DNA of 64,000 bases from the human T2T-CHM13v2.0 reference genome, Homo sapiens. The DNA lies in assembly GCF_009914755.1 (NCBI RefSeq), contig NC_060926.1; one strand, given 5' to 3'. The notes under the pieces were generated by a model that made no database searches, was not told the origin of the DNA, and worked only from the letters and a program-made list of their open reading frames with translations. Position 1 is the first letter of the stretch; each line of letters begins with the position of its first letter. Made by a program: the position numbers and the translations under genes. Shown one piece after another: positions 33,465-48,667 of this stretch.

Positions 33465-35835
33465 CTTAAACATTTGTGAGAATTTCAATATCAGAAATTT
33501 ATGTGTAATCGAATTTATTCTGGTAGCCTAAATTCTGGTAGCTTATTTTCTTATATGCTTCAATCTTTATAATTTAGTTCTCACATGAGAGAGATCTAAT
33601 ATTGGAAATACTTTCAATCTGTATGTTTATGTATTTATTCTAGTTGTCCTGGCACAAGGTTATCAATGTTGCTGCGTGACCAGCCATTGGCTTTTCACAT
33701 TTACAGCTCCTCTGAATTTTTTCTTGCCTCATTTCTGGTGCTGGGAAATTCTGATATTTTCTCCTCATCTCCATTGTACATTTTAGGGATTCTTGAAACT
33801 TGTGATGCACAAACATCCACACCTTCCACATAAGTAAAATATTTTACTTAGATATTTTCTAGCAGACACTGAGTTCTCATGAGAAATCCTCAGTCTCTTT
33901 ATTTGGAACACCCCCACCCCAGTATTCCATATGGAGTAGTTATGTGTAGAATGTGATTACTTCATTAATATGTCGAAGTATGGGTACATTTTGAACACAT
34001 TTGTGAACTTGTAATCCCTTTCTTGATGAATAGTACCTGCGGATGAGCAGAATTGATATTTTCTCTGGAGCAGTAAGTTAGCACTGGTAGAATCTGTTCT
34101 GTAATCCCAGGTCCCTGGGCTCCAGTGTCAATGCTTCCTCCTTAGATCCTCCCTGACCCTGTAAATTTACCTCAGTCTCTATTTCTTAATCCAATAGCTA
34201 TTTCAATTGATCTTCAATTACTTTGCATGTGGCCAGATATTATTTATGGGTTATATTCTAATTCACATTTTTCTGATGTAATTTCAGAGAGCCTAGAAAA
34301 TATAATAAACTCCTTCTGACAGGTACTTGAGCCTCAGTATTTCAACATGAACAAATGCAGCATCTATTCCCTATCATGAGCACTCTAAATGGCAGTTGAG
34401 TGTTTATATCAAAAAAAAGTCAGGAATCATAATCATTTAGAGATAAAAGAGATCCCAGATCTGAAAAGTCAGCTAGCTTAGGAGTTTCAAGACTTTAGGA
34501 TTTCACAAATCAATAAAATTAAAAAGAAAAAAATGTAAGGTTTAACATAGAGATATCACTTAAACAATGACTACTATTGTGATAAAAGGACATTCAACGG
34601 TAAAGGTGTGGGAAATATAACCTCAGAGATGAAAATGTAATAGCTTGGGCCAAGCTCATTAAGTGTCCTTATTTTTGTGTTTCCACCATGGATGGCTGAC
34701 ACTGTCACCTCTGGCATGAGTCCACATCAGCACCCTGGAAATGCCTCCTATAGGGTAATCCTGCAGAAGGCACTAGCACCCCCAGACTCGGGCAGACAGC
34801 TGGCTAGACAGTGCTGCTGGGAGAGTACTGCCTCTCAAAACCCGTCTCTCTGTACCAGCTGCCCAGTGTTTCTGTTTCTGCCTACTTGGAGGAACAAAAG
34901 CAATCCTGCTCCTCTCCCCAGAGACAGGTAATTATGCCGCATTTTCTTTCCTGTTTCTTACATGACAAGCACTCAAAACTTGTCACTCTTTTGGTTCTCT
35001 CCAGTGCCCTCCAAACAGTCCATGTTCAAGCCAAAGAGGAATCACTTCTGCTTACCATGTTAACTTTTAAAATAGTTAACTGCAGCCTGCATTATGAGGA
35101 TAGCATGCCAGCATAAGGAAGTTAGCATCATCTAGAGTGACCACAGAAGCTGCATCTGTCCGTGTGACTGGACACTGTATATGTCCAGATCTCTGCAAGG
35201 AAGAGTCATGTCATACTTTAGAGTATGACTGAGTCACACTCAGAGGGAAGTGATTCCCACAAGCAGCTCCCAGCCAGTAACTGAGCTTGGCAGGGATACT
35301 GAGGCAGGCCCCTTCCTGGGAGAAATGGGACTCCAGAAGTCCTGGACCCTCTCTACTTCTTTTTATACCTGCTTACAATTTAGCCAATTCTTTTCTGAGC
35401 TCATCTCTTTCTTACAGTAGTGACCAAGGGATGTTACTAACGTTCAGTTTCCCCATCTTTTCACCTTAAGCTTCAAGTTCCTTCAGCACATCATCCGCCC
35501 TTCAAGTTATTCCTACAACAGCTTTACCAAATATTTCACCACTGCATAACATAGATTACCATCTTTCCAACCCTCAGTAACGGTTCTCTTGCTGACTGCC
35601 ATCTGGCCCTAGAGCCACATATTTTAGGGTTTGTGTTTTGGCTGCTCCCCACTCCTGGTACCATAACACCATCTATCAAATCTACCTGTAGATCATGAAA
35701 TTACATAGGGCTTCACCAAAACTGCTATGGAGGTGGGGAGAGGGACAATTGGAATGGAGCTCAGAAAGCTGCACTTGCAGAGTCATTTATGTAAGACTGT
35801 GAGTGTGCTGCTGGTCCACATCAGAGGATGGGGAC

Positions 35836-36208
35836 TACCATGGTCTGAATGTCTGTGTCTCTCCAAATTTCATATGTGGAAACTTAATCAAGGTGATAGT
35901 TTTAAGAGGTGGGGCATTTAGGAGCTGATTAAGGCATTTGGACAGAGCCCTTCTGAATGGGATTAATGACCTTATAAAAGAAATGAAGATGAACAAATGA
36001 CCCCTTCCACCACATGAGGACATAGCAAGAAGGTACCATCTTAAAGCAGAGAGCAAGCCCTCACCAAGACACTGAATCTGCAGATGCCTTGATCTTAGAC
36101 TTCCCAGCCTCTGAAACTGCAAAAAAAAAATAAATAAATAAACTTCTGTTGTTTATAAATTACCCAATCTAAGGTATTTTGTTTTAGCGGCTCAAAGGAA
36201 CTAAGACA
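35836..36208 (+). mobile_element. MaLR solo LTR (MLT1A/MSTD-like)
   Basis: atggtctgaatgtctgtgtc...gacttcccagcctctgaaactg...AATAAA...ctaagaca. Confidence 0.78.
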
Positions 36209-38369
36209 AAGGTCATGGAGACCATAGGGTGAGTCTCAAGACTTCCCCCAGCTCTACTTGGCTGGTCTCCTGCTGGTATTTGCCGTCTGTAGAGAGGAAA
36301 AAGAACTCCCATTTTATCTTGCTTACCTGCACTTATGAAAAGTCAAACTGAGTCATGTTGAGAGCCAGGGAACATAGGAGTCGGTTCTTCAGCAGGAGCA
36401 CTCAGCTAGTTGAAGGCAATGTGGAGTGATGGGAAGAGAGCAGTGATGCAGTGATGCTGGCACCAACTCCTTTACTATGGCATCCATTGTACCAGCTGCC
36501 ATACACCTGGCTACTTCTACACCTTATCTCTAATCACTCCAGAATACGTATTAGTTTCCCCATCTTCTAGAAAGGAAAACTCAGACCCAGAGACACTAAG
36601 CAAGTAGCTCAAGATCACACACGTTATCTGTGATTAAGCCTCAGTTAGAACTGGAGTCTTGGATTTCCACATTTATACCCTTTTCATGAAGCTACCTAAC
36701 TTTGATCCTCAAGTTTTCCCATCTATAGCATGGGACTGCTGGACTAGAAATCTCTAAGTCCCCTTTACCTCTTGAATTCTGTGTCTCTAAGGATGAGAAT
36801 AACAAAACTCCTTTGCCTCTAGCACTTTCCAACTCAAAGCCCTATCACTCTCATTACATCTAATCACTGCAGCCAGAAGCATTAAATAAAATGGAAGGAC
36901 TGACATTGGGAGTGGGCGAGGCAGAGAAGTTGGGGGCGTGGAGAAACAGCTCTTTTTACATAATGATTGCTACTATGATTTGGTTATAAATAACCAGTGA
37001 AGACAATCAGGCTTTTCTGGCAGTCCCTAATTGTAGTGAATGTTGGAATACAGTGACCACCCAAATGCTCTAGACTGATTGGGAAGGTGCCACTTCTAAA
37101 TCAGCTGGGCTAAATGCATTGCATAAGCTGAGTATTTAGCTTAATGATTAGAGCCAGTTGACGAAACACAAGAATATGGAAGCCTCCTGCTACTTCTCAG
37201 AAGATAAGACAATGGCATTCCACCACCAGTGTTTACTGTGGTACCCAAAGGGAGCTCCAGTTACTTCCCTCTGTGCCTATAACCCTTGGATCACCTGGTT
37301 GCACCAGACCCATCCTGACTAAAATCCCTCCAAAGGACCAAAGAGGAGATACGGACAAAAATAAAAAATAAATCTCATCTGCTCTCTTTCCTAAGGACCC
37401 AGCAGCCTCTATCCATCCGTCGTTCATTCACTCATTCCACACACTTTCATCTAGCCCCTGCTGAATGCCAAGCACTGGGCTGGAACTCTGGGGACTGTGG
37501 AGGTGGAATAGGAGAATATGGGCTTTCTGTGAGCAGTGATTGCCTAAAATATATACATCAAGGTTGTAGGATCATGTGCACCACTGCACTCTAGCCGGGG
37601 TGACAGAGTGAGACCCTGTTTCAAAAAAATTAAAAAAAAATTGTAGGATCATGGAGAAAGTGTCTTAAGTGTTTGGTGCTGTGGACAGGCAACACAGGCA
37701 GAAACTGGTGGCTAGGGAATCAGAGAAGTTTTCAGGAGGGAGCATTTGACTTGGGCTTGAACTGAGCATCATAGGGCAATATAGAAACAAGTTTATGGAT
37801 AATTAACTGAATTGGTGGCAGTTTATAACTTGAATCTTCCTTCAGATGATTGAAGTTAGTAGCCCAGCTATGAAAGTCTAGGTTACAGATGTCTCAGCCA
37901 CAGCTTGCATATATATGGATGAGGTTCATACATATGCAGACTTGGGCTCCTGCCAAGATATGAGAGTTTTGGTCAGTCTCTGTCTCAATTCTAATGTCTC
38001 TGCCTACATACTTCAGTCCAGAGTTGTCATGCAAAGAACAGAACCCTGGAACAATCACACAAGGATTTGGTACTAGGCTTAGCCATTTTCTAGCCATGGG
38101 GACAAAAGAAAATTACTGAACCTCTCTGAGTCCCAGTTTATTTGTCTATAAAATAGGGATAGTGATACTGGGGTTACAAGGAAATTGTGAGAATTAAAAT
38201 AGTTCAGGAGAGGTTAAGTTGTCCTGGGGCCACCTTTGTCATTGCAGTGACCACACTCTGTAGTGAGGGCACCCTTGAGAGCAGACAGCAGAGCTGCTAT
38301 GTGATTCATCTCTAGAATCCATGATTCTTGGAACACTTCCTGAGAGCTATTAGGCATTCAAGAAATGTT

Positions 38370-38423
38370 AATGGTAGATCATAGTATAATGGTAGATCAT
38401 AGTATTGTGATAGATCATAGTAT
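38370..38423. repeat. 18-bp tandem triplication (AATGGTAGATCATAGTAT)
   Basis: Two exact copies and one diverged copy. Confidence 0.8.
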
Positions 38424-38860
38424 TGTATTATTGTTCAGCAAACATCTGTTTTCCCTCCTTTCATTGGAAGTGGTGTACTTCCCCACCCCACTGACATTGG
38501 GCTTAGCCATGTGACTTGCTTCAGCTAATGGAATGTGAGTGACTCAGTGAATGCCACATCCAAGCAGAGGCGTTAAATATTCCTGCATGGCCTCTGGTGA
38601 TCCTGTCCTCCAGCATGAGATGAACATGCTTCAGATAGCTGCTGCTACTCTCCTGGATCCTCTTCTGAGAGCCAAGTGAAGCAAATAGGAACCCAATTCA
38701 CCACCCAGATCCAGGCCCATCTGAATCTAGCCAGCCCAGAAGAGCCCTGTAGAACCACAGCTGACCTATGGAAATGAGAAGTAAATGTTTGTTGTTGTTA
38801 GCATTGAGATTTGGGGATTACTTTTTATGTGACATCATCACAACAAAGCCTGACTAATAT
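38424..38860 (+). mobile_element. MaLR LTR (MLT1H/I-like)
   Basis: gccatgtgacttgcttcagctaatggaatgtgag..., ends ctgactaata. Confidence 0.65.
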
Positions 38861-40127
38861 ATTGTATAAAGTTAATTGAGTACTAACAACATGCCAGGTA
38901 TTGTTCTAAGTCCTTTATATAAAGAATCCCATCTAATCCTTACAGCACTGCATAAGGAGGTATCATAAGTATCTCCATTCAGCTGATTAGAATTGAGGCA
39001 TCTGGTCAATCCCCTTCATGTTATTCCTCCTCACTTCCTGCATCCGAATGAACCAAGCCTCCTGTGTTCATTAGAACCACAGACCAAGCCTGCTGGAGAA
39101 AGACAGGGCTGTGAAGATGGGAATGAATTGGCAAACAGCTTTGGAATGACAATGTTAAGGCCAGGCAAATGCTCTCAGTAACCTCAAATGAGTGTTGATG
39201 TTCATGAAGCCTGCTCAAAAAAGACACAGAAATTGACGTCTTTTATCTGAGGACCCTTCCTTAGCCTCAGGACTTAAGGCTATGGGAGCATGAGCCACAT
39301 AACCATGAGAGGCAGGGGGTTCAGTGAGAAGAATAAGCTCAAGAGTCTCACCTGTGGGTCAGAATCTCAGCTGTGCCACACATACTGTGTGATCTTGAGC
39401 AAATCACCAAACCTCTCTATTCCTCATTTTTGTCACCTGTAAAGTGGGACTATTACTTGTACCTACATCCTGGATTTGTTGGGACAGTAAATGAGTTAGT
39501 GTTCCCAAGGTGCTTAACACAGAGCCTTTGCATGCAGCAAGCACCCAGTCAATGCCCATGACCATGGCCCCCTGCTCATGCTGCTCTTTGGTTCCCCCTG
39601 AGGTCTTTTGGGGACAGAGAGTGTGAAAATGTCCTCTACCCACACAAGGAAACAGGACTCAGGGACAGAGGACCTGTGCCCTGACCAAGGCAATGCATCC
39701 CTCACCATATATGCAGTGGTGCATCCTTTCCTGTTACCTTTTGGATCAGCAATTAAGGCTTTAGTCTTTTTTGTTGGTGTGCAAAGGTATTTTCTTAATG
39801 GCCCTGCAGCCCAGCCATCACAAAAATGCTTTCCAGCTCTCAGGGAGAACATTTCTGATGCATGCTGAATCCAGAATTCAAATGAAGCAAAATAAAGGCA
39901 CCAGGGGCTCTTACGAGACAGAGTGACTCAAAACAGAGGGAATGTGGGGACTTGGGGCATAAGATTGATCATGAATCACCAAATAGAAAAACCTTGGGAT
40001 GGCTTTCAAGAAGAATCCTCCTTGAAGTTTTAACTTTCACCTACAAGCAAGTTTTCTCACTGCTCTGTACAGCAGGGTAAGGACAGCAGCCTCACAGCAT
40101 CAGTCTGAGGATAGAATGGGTTAATGC

Positions 40128-40475
<348 letters not shown>

Positions 40476-40982
40476 TCAGCAGTCACTCAGTGTTGGCTAT
40501 CATCTTTGGTGATGTTGGTCCCAAACCCAGACCTCTGCTCTTGTCCTCGGCTCATACACCCACCTGTATAGCCCATATGCACTTTAAACATGAGTCCAAA
40601 ATGGAATCCAAAATATTAGATGCCCTCGTTGCCACCACCAGGTTTGCTTTCCTCTCAAGCCACTGAGGGATCCACAGAAGCAGAGACCATGATGAGAACC
40701 CATCTTTAACTCTGGGTCGCTAGCACAGGGGCAGAGTAGGCAGTCACTACATCTTCAGAGCTTGTGAGTTTTATTTTGCTTTGTTTTGCAATCTGTCATC
40801 CCCACACTCTTACTATATAAGACAGTGCCTAGCCAGACAAGCATAGGTTTAAATCTCCACCTTGTCACTTCTTAGCTGTGTGACCCTGAGCGACAAGCTT
40901 GAGTTTTCTGAGCCTCAGCACCTTTAGCTGTACAGTGAGAATGAACAGACCTCCTCACAAGGCTGCTATAAAGAATTAACGA

Positions 40983-41287
40983 GGCTGGGCATGGTGGCTC
41001 CCACCTGCAATCCTAGCACTTGAGGCCGAGGTGGGTGGATCACCTGAAGTCAGGAGTTCGAGACCAGCCTGACCAACATGGTGAAACCCCGTCTCTACTA
41101 ATAATACAAAAAATTAGCCGGGCATGGTGGTGGGTGCCTGTAATCCCAGCTACTCGGGAGGCTGAGGCAGGAGAATCGCTTGAAACCAAAACCGGGTGGC
41201 AGAGAGAGGTTGCAGTGAGCCAAGATTGCACCACTGCACTCCAGCCTGGGTGACAAGAGTGAAATTCCATCTCAAAAAAAAAAAAAG
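40983..41287 (+). mobile_element. AluSp/Sq-like inserted in a MIR
   Basis: Full dimer. TSD-like GAATTAA(C/T)GA. Confidence 0.9.
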
Positions 41288-42355
41288 GAATTAATGAGAT
41301 CACTCCGCACAAATCCTAATGTGGCATCTGATACAGGGTGAGTTCTAGTAAATGAGCATTTTTTACACTCAAGATGTAAGAGTGATGGTTTCATTATTAG
41401 AGATGAGAGAACCAAATTAATAAACGTTTAATCATGTACTTAAAATCACACAACTGGGACTCATAACCAAGCCCTTTTCTTCCTGGTCTGATGTTCATTC
41501 CTTGTTGTCTGAAATGTCAAATCATTTTACCAGAATAGCAGGGGAGAGAGGGACAGAAAGTTGCTTAAATTATTGATTTTGTTTTAGCAGCCTCTCATCC
41601 TGCAAGAGGGGCTTGCAGTAACAAAGGCCTGGCACCTTTGAGTTTGTTTTTGGTCCATTTTTTAAATCTTCATTCCCTTTAGCTCTTGTTGAAAATGGCT
41701 TCCTGCCACTTTGCACAGAAAAATCTCTTTCATGAAATACCAAAACCAAACAAAAAACAGGCCTTCCAAATGCTGTTTTGCCTCCTCCTAAGAGCTAACA
41801 TTTGCCAGTTGTAAATTAACATTCCTTTCGCTTCTTTCAACAGAAAATCAATCAGGGCCCTAAAATCCCTGCACATCTGTATTTAATCCACAAATAATTC
41901 AACAATGTTCTATCTTAATGGTGTATTGTGAGAAAAGCATAAATGTCATCAACTTCTTTTACGTGGAAAGAACAATAGGGCATGAACTTGTTTGTGCTCC
42001 TGATGTCCTTTAGAAATGGATTCCTAAGGACCAGGAGTGTTCTCCCCACCGACGGTGCACAATGTCACAGCAAGGACAGTCAACTGGGAGTTGGGAGACC
42101 TGGACTTCAGTTCACACCACTTTGCTGGGGTACTTGGGCAAGTCCTTCAGGGCCTCAATTTCTGCATCTGCACAATATGGGGAGTGGTCAACATGATTTC
42201 CGAAGTCTCTAGCCAGATTTCAAATTTGTTTACAGCACACAGAAAATTGCTAAAGAGAAAAAACTATAGTGGCCATTTCTGTTCAGGCTGCAAAATCTTG
42301 TGCACTATTTACATATTTAGGTATGAACTGTCTCAAAGGGTCTTTCATTTAAAAA

Positions 42356-42670
<315 letters not shown>

Positions 42671-42953
42671 AAATGAAGGTGGAGATAGTTCTTTGTGAAG
42701 ACACATGTGTGTACTTATTTGTGCACTTGTGTGCTTGCAATTGCATCTTGGGCACATGTGTATTGTGGAGGCATCTGTGTGCCTGTGGAGTGTGTATACA
42801 TAAGTACCTGATGTATGTTTGGCTGCAGAGGCACAGAAGGTCAGCAACAGCAGGTGGCTGCATGCAGGGGCACTAATAATTACTCATTTTATACAAACTG
42901 TTTAGCAACAATGTTAGCTATTCTACTGCTGACTTTACGAACAGAGAAAATGT

Positions 42954-43252
42954 GGCCGGACACAATGGCTCCTACCTGTAATCCTAGCACTTTGTAGGGG
43001 CTGAGGCAGAAGAAGCCCTTGAGCTCAGGAGTTTGAGACCAACCTGGGTGACGTAGTGCGACCTAGTCTCTAATAAAAATTAAAAAAAAAAAAAACTATC
43101 CAGGTGTGGTGGTGCATGCCTATAATCCCAGCTACTTGGGAGGCTGTAGCAGGAGGATCACCAGAGCCCAAGAGTTTCAGACTGCAGTGAACCATGATTG
43201 CTCCACTTCACTCTAGCCTGGATGACAGAGCAGGACCCTGTCCCCCTGCCAC

Positions 43253-43285
<33 letters not shown>
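42954..43285 (+). mobile_element. AluJ
   Basis: Diverged dimer with a (GAAAA)n tail. Confidence 0.85.
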
Positions 43286-43508
43286 CATAGAATAGAAAAC
43301 GTCTCCTGGTTTGCATCCTGGAATAGAGAAATGAGCACAGGCTTTCAAATCAAACAGTAGTGATTCATATCCTGCCCCTGGCACTCACCCAGCATCTCTG
43401 AACCTGAATATTTTCATCCAGGTTGACTTAAGGATGAAATGGAAAAAGGTTTACAAAGTACCTGGGGCATAGCAAAGGATTCAATAAATGTTCTCTCCCT
43501 TTTCTTCT

Positions 43509-44350
43509 ATATTAGTTATCTATTGCTAAATAACAAATTAACCCAGAACTTAGCAGCTTAAAACAGCAAGTGTTTTTCTGATAGTTTCTATGAGTCAGGA
43601 GCCCAGGCAAAGCTTCGCTGGGTCTTCTGGCTCACAGTCTCCCAAAGGCTGCAATCAAGGAGTAATATAAGGCTATGGTCTCATCTGAAGGCTCAACTGA
43701 GGGATGCTTCCTTTCCAAGCTCACTCATGTGATTATTAGCAGGTTCAGGTTTTGGCTGACTCTTGGTCAGACACTCCCCCAGCCTCTGGTTTCTTGCTAC
43801 TGGGCCTCTTCATAGAACACCCACAACATGGCTGCTGGCTTCCATCAGAACAAGAAAGCAAGAGAGCAAGAGAGGGTGAGCAGGATGGAAGTCATTTTCT
43901 TCTTGTAACTTCTCAGAGGTGCTGTTCATCAGTTTCACCATATTGTGTTTGTTAGGAACAAGACATTAGGTTCAGCCAAGATATAAGGGAGTGGAGAGGA
44001 TTATACAAGGGCATGAATACCAGGAGACATGGATCACTGGAGGCCATCTTAGGGGCTGCAGGGAAGCCTGTCCTCCAGCCCCCAGTGATTCACATCCTCC
44101 ACCCCATGCAAAATACATGTGTGTCCTGCCAAGATCCCTAAAAATCTCCTCCCCCTTCAGCATCAACCAAAGTTCAGAATCTCATCAAATCAGGTATTGG
44201 GGTGGGGACTTCTTGAGAATGACTAGTCACATGCAGCTCCTAGAGTACAGTTCCTCTCTCTCTGAGAGCCTGTGAAACTAGAGAGACACAGTATCTGCTT
44301 CCATACGCCTAGCATTAAATGGTATAACAGGCATGGGTTAGCTCTATATC
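43509..44350 (-). mobile_element. MaLR LTR (MLT1F-like) plus adjoining internal sequence
   Basis: tattagttatctattgct..taacaaatta..aacttagcagcttaaaaca start motif. Confidence 0.65.
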
Positions 44351-46479
44351 TGTCTCCTTTTTCTCTAGATGTTTGATGAGACAAGTATTTTAATTTTGTA
44401 TTCCACTAATTTATTCATTCAACAAATACTTATTAGGTACTGACTATAGACTCTTTATTTATTTTGCATTCCCATTTTGCCAACAAGGAATCTGAGAATC
44501 AGAGGCAAAATATTACAGCTTGGCCCACTGAATTATTTTTTCTTCTCTGAAAGGACCTCTAGGATTCTCCATCAATGAGGACTTTCTAGTCACAGCTGCA
44601 GTGAGGTTTGAGTTTAGCTGATTAGACCATCAACCACAAAGACTATACATTCAAATACTTTTATGTGGCAGAATATCTAAGAATAATTCAAGCTAATAAA
44701 AGATCTAGAGAATAATTAGATATATTCATTGTTAATAAGAGCCATTTAATATTGTAGCAAAGGCAAGATCAGGGCAGGATCAAGGCAGATAATTTTCAAA
44801 CATGCCTAATGATAGTGTAGACCAATGGTGTTTTTCAATTGTGGCTATATACATTCTAACACATTCAATTTTTTTTAAAAAGTGAATCTTAGGTCCTATT
44901 CCTTAGAAATTCAGATTTAACTAATTTGGAGTGGGCCCCAGACATCAATATTTTAACTTTCAAGTGATTCTAGGAAAGACAGGTTTAGGGGCTGTGGAGA
45001 GACACAGAATGGCAAGTACTTAGAACATTCACACATCCCCCACCTCCCAAGCTCCTAATAGAAATCATTTATTAGCCAGTCCCCTCAATGTCATTGGTTG
45101 GAATGCAATTGTGTAGTCTTTCTCATCCCAGGACTCCAGGCAGCCCCTACCCATGAAGCCAAGTTGACATATGAAGGCATATGTGTTAGCCCTGACAAGC
45201 CACACTGGGCATGCTTTCCCAAACCTACAAATTATCAAGGGTGTAGAAAAATAGAGCCCTCTCCATGCTGAGCAGATCTCACTCATGTAGACAACAGGTC
45301 TAATTACCCATTGGAAAGGGCCACTGGAAGAGCACAGGAAAAGGTCCAAGATGGAGAGGGAATTTACAGCCAAGTCTGATAATGGTTTCAGAACCTCAAA
45401 ATACTTCACCTGGAGAGGACCCATGGGCAATATACATGAAGGAGTTCTCCTCTTCCTGAGTCCCTCCAAAGAGTTGTGTAAAGCCCAAAAGGGGGGCTCT
45501 CCAGGAGTAGATGCTATTCAAATCCCACTTCTATCCCTTACTAGAAGTATAACCTGGCTTGCTATTGAGCCTCTCTCAGCCTCCTTTTCCAAATGAGGAC
45601 AATGGTGCCTATGTCACAAGAATATTGCAGTGATTCCATGAGAAGATGTATACAAAGCACCTTGCCCAATAGATAGTCAACAAATGCTGGTTGTCACCAT
45701 TATTCTGTCAGTGTTGGTGGAGTGCTGGTACTCATAGTTCACTAAGAGTTTTTAGGACAGCAATGATCTTAGAAGAGAATCAGATCAAAGTTCTGAGTGT
45801 TTTCCCTGGAACTGGCATTGTATTATTAATATCCTACAAATGGGAGACATGTATCCCCTGGTCTCATACCTGGAATATCAAAATGGTACTTCATTAACAG
45901 TGTCAAAGCAAAAGTCTGATGGCTCTGACTGCTCTTGTGAGTAGGGGTACTCATATTCCCTTTAAGCCCTTCCCCCAAATTGGCCTAGAGGTCCAGGGGG
46001 TTCCACATGGGCTCAACATTCTCTGATTAACTCTCCCCTCATATCAACAACTTCCTCCTATCAAGCTTGACATCTTGTCCTATTTCTTCCTATTCTAGGT
46101 GTAGGCAAGTCTAGTTTGCTCTTCAGCTACTCTATCCCTCTCCTGCATATTGACTCTTGAATTCTTGATCCCTAGTAGCTTCTCACAGTCTGTGAAATGG
46201 AGCATGGAACCACTACATAGAAACAGGAAGGTTCTGCCCTGTACTCTCAGCTCTTAAGGGCACAGTCACAAGAAGACCATTTTTAAATTCTCATTGTGTA
46301 ACACCCTTACACATTCCACATGCATCATAGCACATAACTCTGACAATAAACTACAAGGTAAGCAACTAATTATTCCCTTTTTAATATTTTTTAAACCTAG
46401 GAAGGTAACTTAATCTCTTTGACTTCCAGTTCTCATGAACTAGAACATTAGAGAATCAAGATTTGAACCAGAGGTGATG

Positions 46480-48290
46480 GTTTTTAAAATATGTCTGCTA
46501 GATATCAAAATGAGTGCATGGGATTTGATATATGTACACAGGTAGGCATAGAAATAGATAGAGATGCTCAAGGATATGTGTATATGCACATATGAATATG
46601 TGTGCATGTATATACATGTATCCATTTCCCAACTCTGTCTTTTAAGAGGATATAGAAACAATATCACCCCAGTAACAATAAACACCCTAGTGCCCACATC
46701 TTGATTTCTCCATATCATTTTCTGCTAGAAGGAACCCTGGTCTCCTTGGAAAAATGGATGATTCCAAGGCTTGGACAGGGAATACACAAGATGAGTCTGA
46801 CATATCTCATGTTGAAAAGTAACAAACTACTCAAAGAATAATGACAGCATGTCAAAAGGACACAAGAACCAACTTAAAGGGCTCCCACTCACCAAATCTA
46901 GGGCAACCTAAATATCATGATAAGTATGGATACCCTCAGTTCACTGAGAGATTTGAGGTCAGGGACAGTCTTAGAAGACAATAGAAAACAGTGTTCTGAG
47001 TGTTGCCCCTAGAATGAGCATTGTGTTAATATCATAGAAATGGGACACATGTGTCCCCAGGTCCCATACCTGGAATGTAAAAATAGTATCCATTAACAGC
47101 GTCAAGTAAAAGATTATAACCTATTATAAAAACTAGAAACCCGGGCTGGGCATGGTGACTCAAGCCTGTAAATCTCAGCACATTGGGAGGCTGAGGCGGG
47201 AAGTCTGTTTGAGCCCAGGAGCTTGAGACCAGCCTGGACAACATAGGGAGGCCCCGTCTCTACAAAAAAAAAAAAAAAAATTACCTGGGCATGGTGGCAT
47301 ATGCCTGTGGTCCCAGCTACTTGGGAGGCTGAGGTGGGAGGATCACTTCAGCCCTGGAGTCAAGGTTGCAGTGATCTGTGATCATGCCACTGCTCTCCAG
47401 CCTAGACAACAGAGTGAGACCCTGTCTCAAAAACAAACAGAAAACTAGAAAACCAAGATTCTATGCCGATGTCAATAATATAAACAAGTGTTCTTCCTTA
47501 CAGTAGAAAACCAACAATACATTTAGAAAGATTACAGAATTTTTTTAAAAAACATGATTTGACAACCACAGTAATAACTGATTCAGGGAAGGGCTACTAA
47601 TAAATGCTAAAACCAATGGATGCAAGTTTGAGAAATAATAGGATATCTTCATAGTCTCAAAGTATTTCTCCAAAGGAAATACATATTAATTATAAAGAGT
47701 AAAATGGTGGACAGCACCGTAACCCCATGAACAAAGTTAACATTGCTAGTAATGGGACTAATTAATAGCACCTGCCCCTCATGCCTTGAGCTACAGGAGC
47801 TCAGCATGGCATCAGTGATATTCCTGCCCAACATGCATAACAGAATCTAATCATGGAAAAGCACCAAAAAACCGAAGTTGAAGGACAATTATACCAAGTA
47901 ACTGGCCAGGTAATCTTCACAAAGGTCTGTGTCAAGAAAGACAAAGCAGCAGAAACTTTCAAATTGCAGGGGACAGCTAAATGCAACACATGGTCTTGGA
48001 TTGTTTTGTTATAAAGGACATTATTGTGAAGTCTGAATAAAGTCTGTAGATGAGACGAGAGAATTCCCTGTTTTTAGGAAATATGCAACAAAATATTCAA
48101 GAGTAAATGGGCATCACACCTTAGATGACTCAGAAGAAAAAGGGAAGAACAGAGATAAGTGATACAGTGAAACCCTGATGTTTGGGGGATCTGGGTAAAC
48201 AATATTTAGAAATTCTTTGTACCGTGTTGCAAGGTTTCTGTAAGTCTGAAACTATGTGAGAACAAGTGTTTAAAAATAAAGCATAAAATG
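46480..48290 (+). mobile_element. Old L1 3' UTR (L1MC-like), interrupted by a non-L1 insert and an Alu
   Basis: gatatcaaaatgag..; agggctcccact; ttccttacagtagaa; atagtctcaaagtatttctcc; ..tttctgtaagtctgaaa. Confidence 0.7.
47143..47440 (+). mobile_element. AluJ
   Basis: Full dimer. TSD AAAACTAGAAA. Confidence 0.9.
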
Positions 48291-48667
48291 TAAAACATCT
48301 CTTCTGCAAATTCTTTGGCACTCCTCCCATGAAGAGGTAAAGTCTAATCACCTCCCCTTGAATATGATTTGGACGTAATGACTCATTTCTAACCAATGAA
48401 TATGGTGTATGGATGCCTAATTATAAAAGAAGATTCAGCATGTATCAGAACAAGGAAGTTCTGGGGCATGTGTTTTGTGTAATTCATGCTCTGTGTGGTT
48501 CATGTGCCCATTGCTCAGATAAAGAAGCTGGAGCTCAGAAAGGTGCCCAAATTCAGAAGACTAATAAATGGTGGAGCCAAACTTCAAACTTAGGGCACTG
48601 GAGCCTCCAATCCCAGGCAGGTGGCCTTGTGGACGGGGAGCTGGGACCTGGAGTCTGCCCGCCTGGC

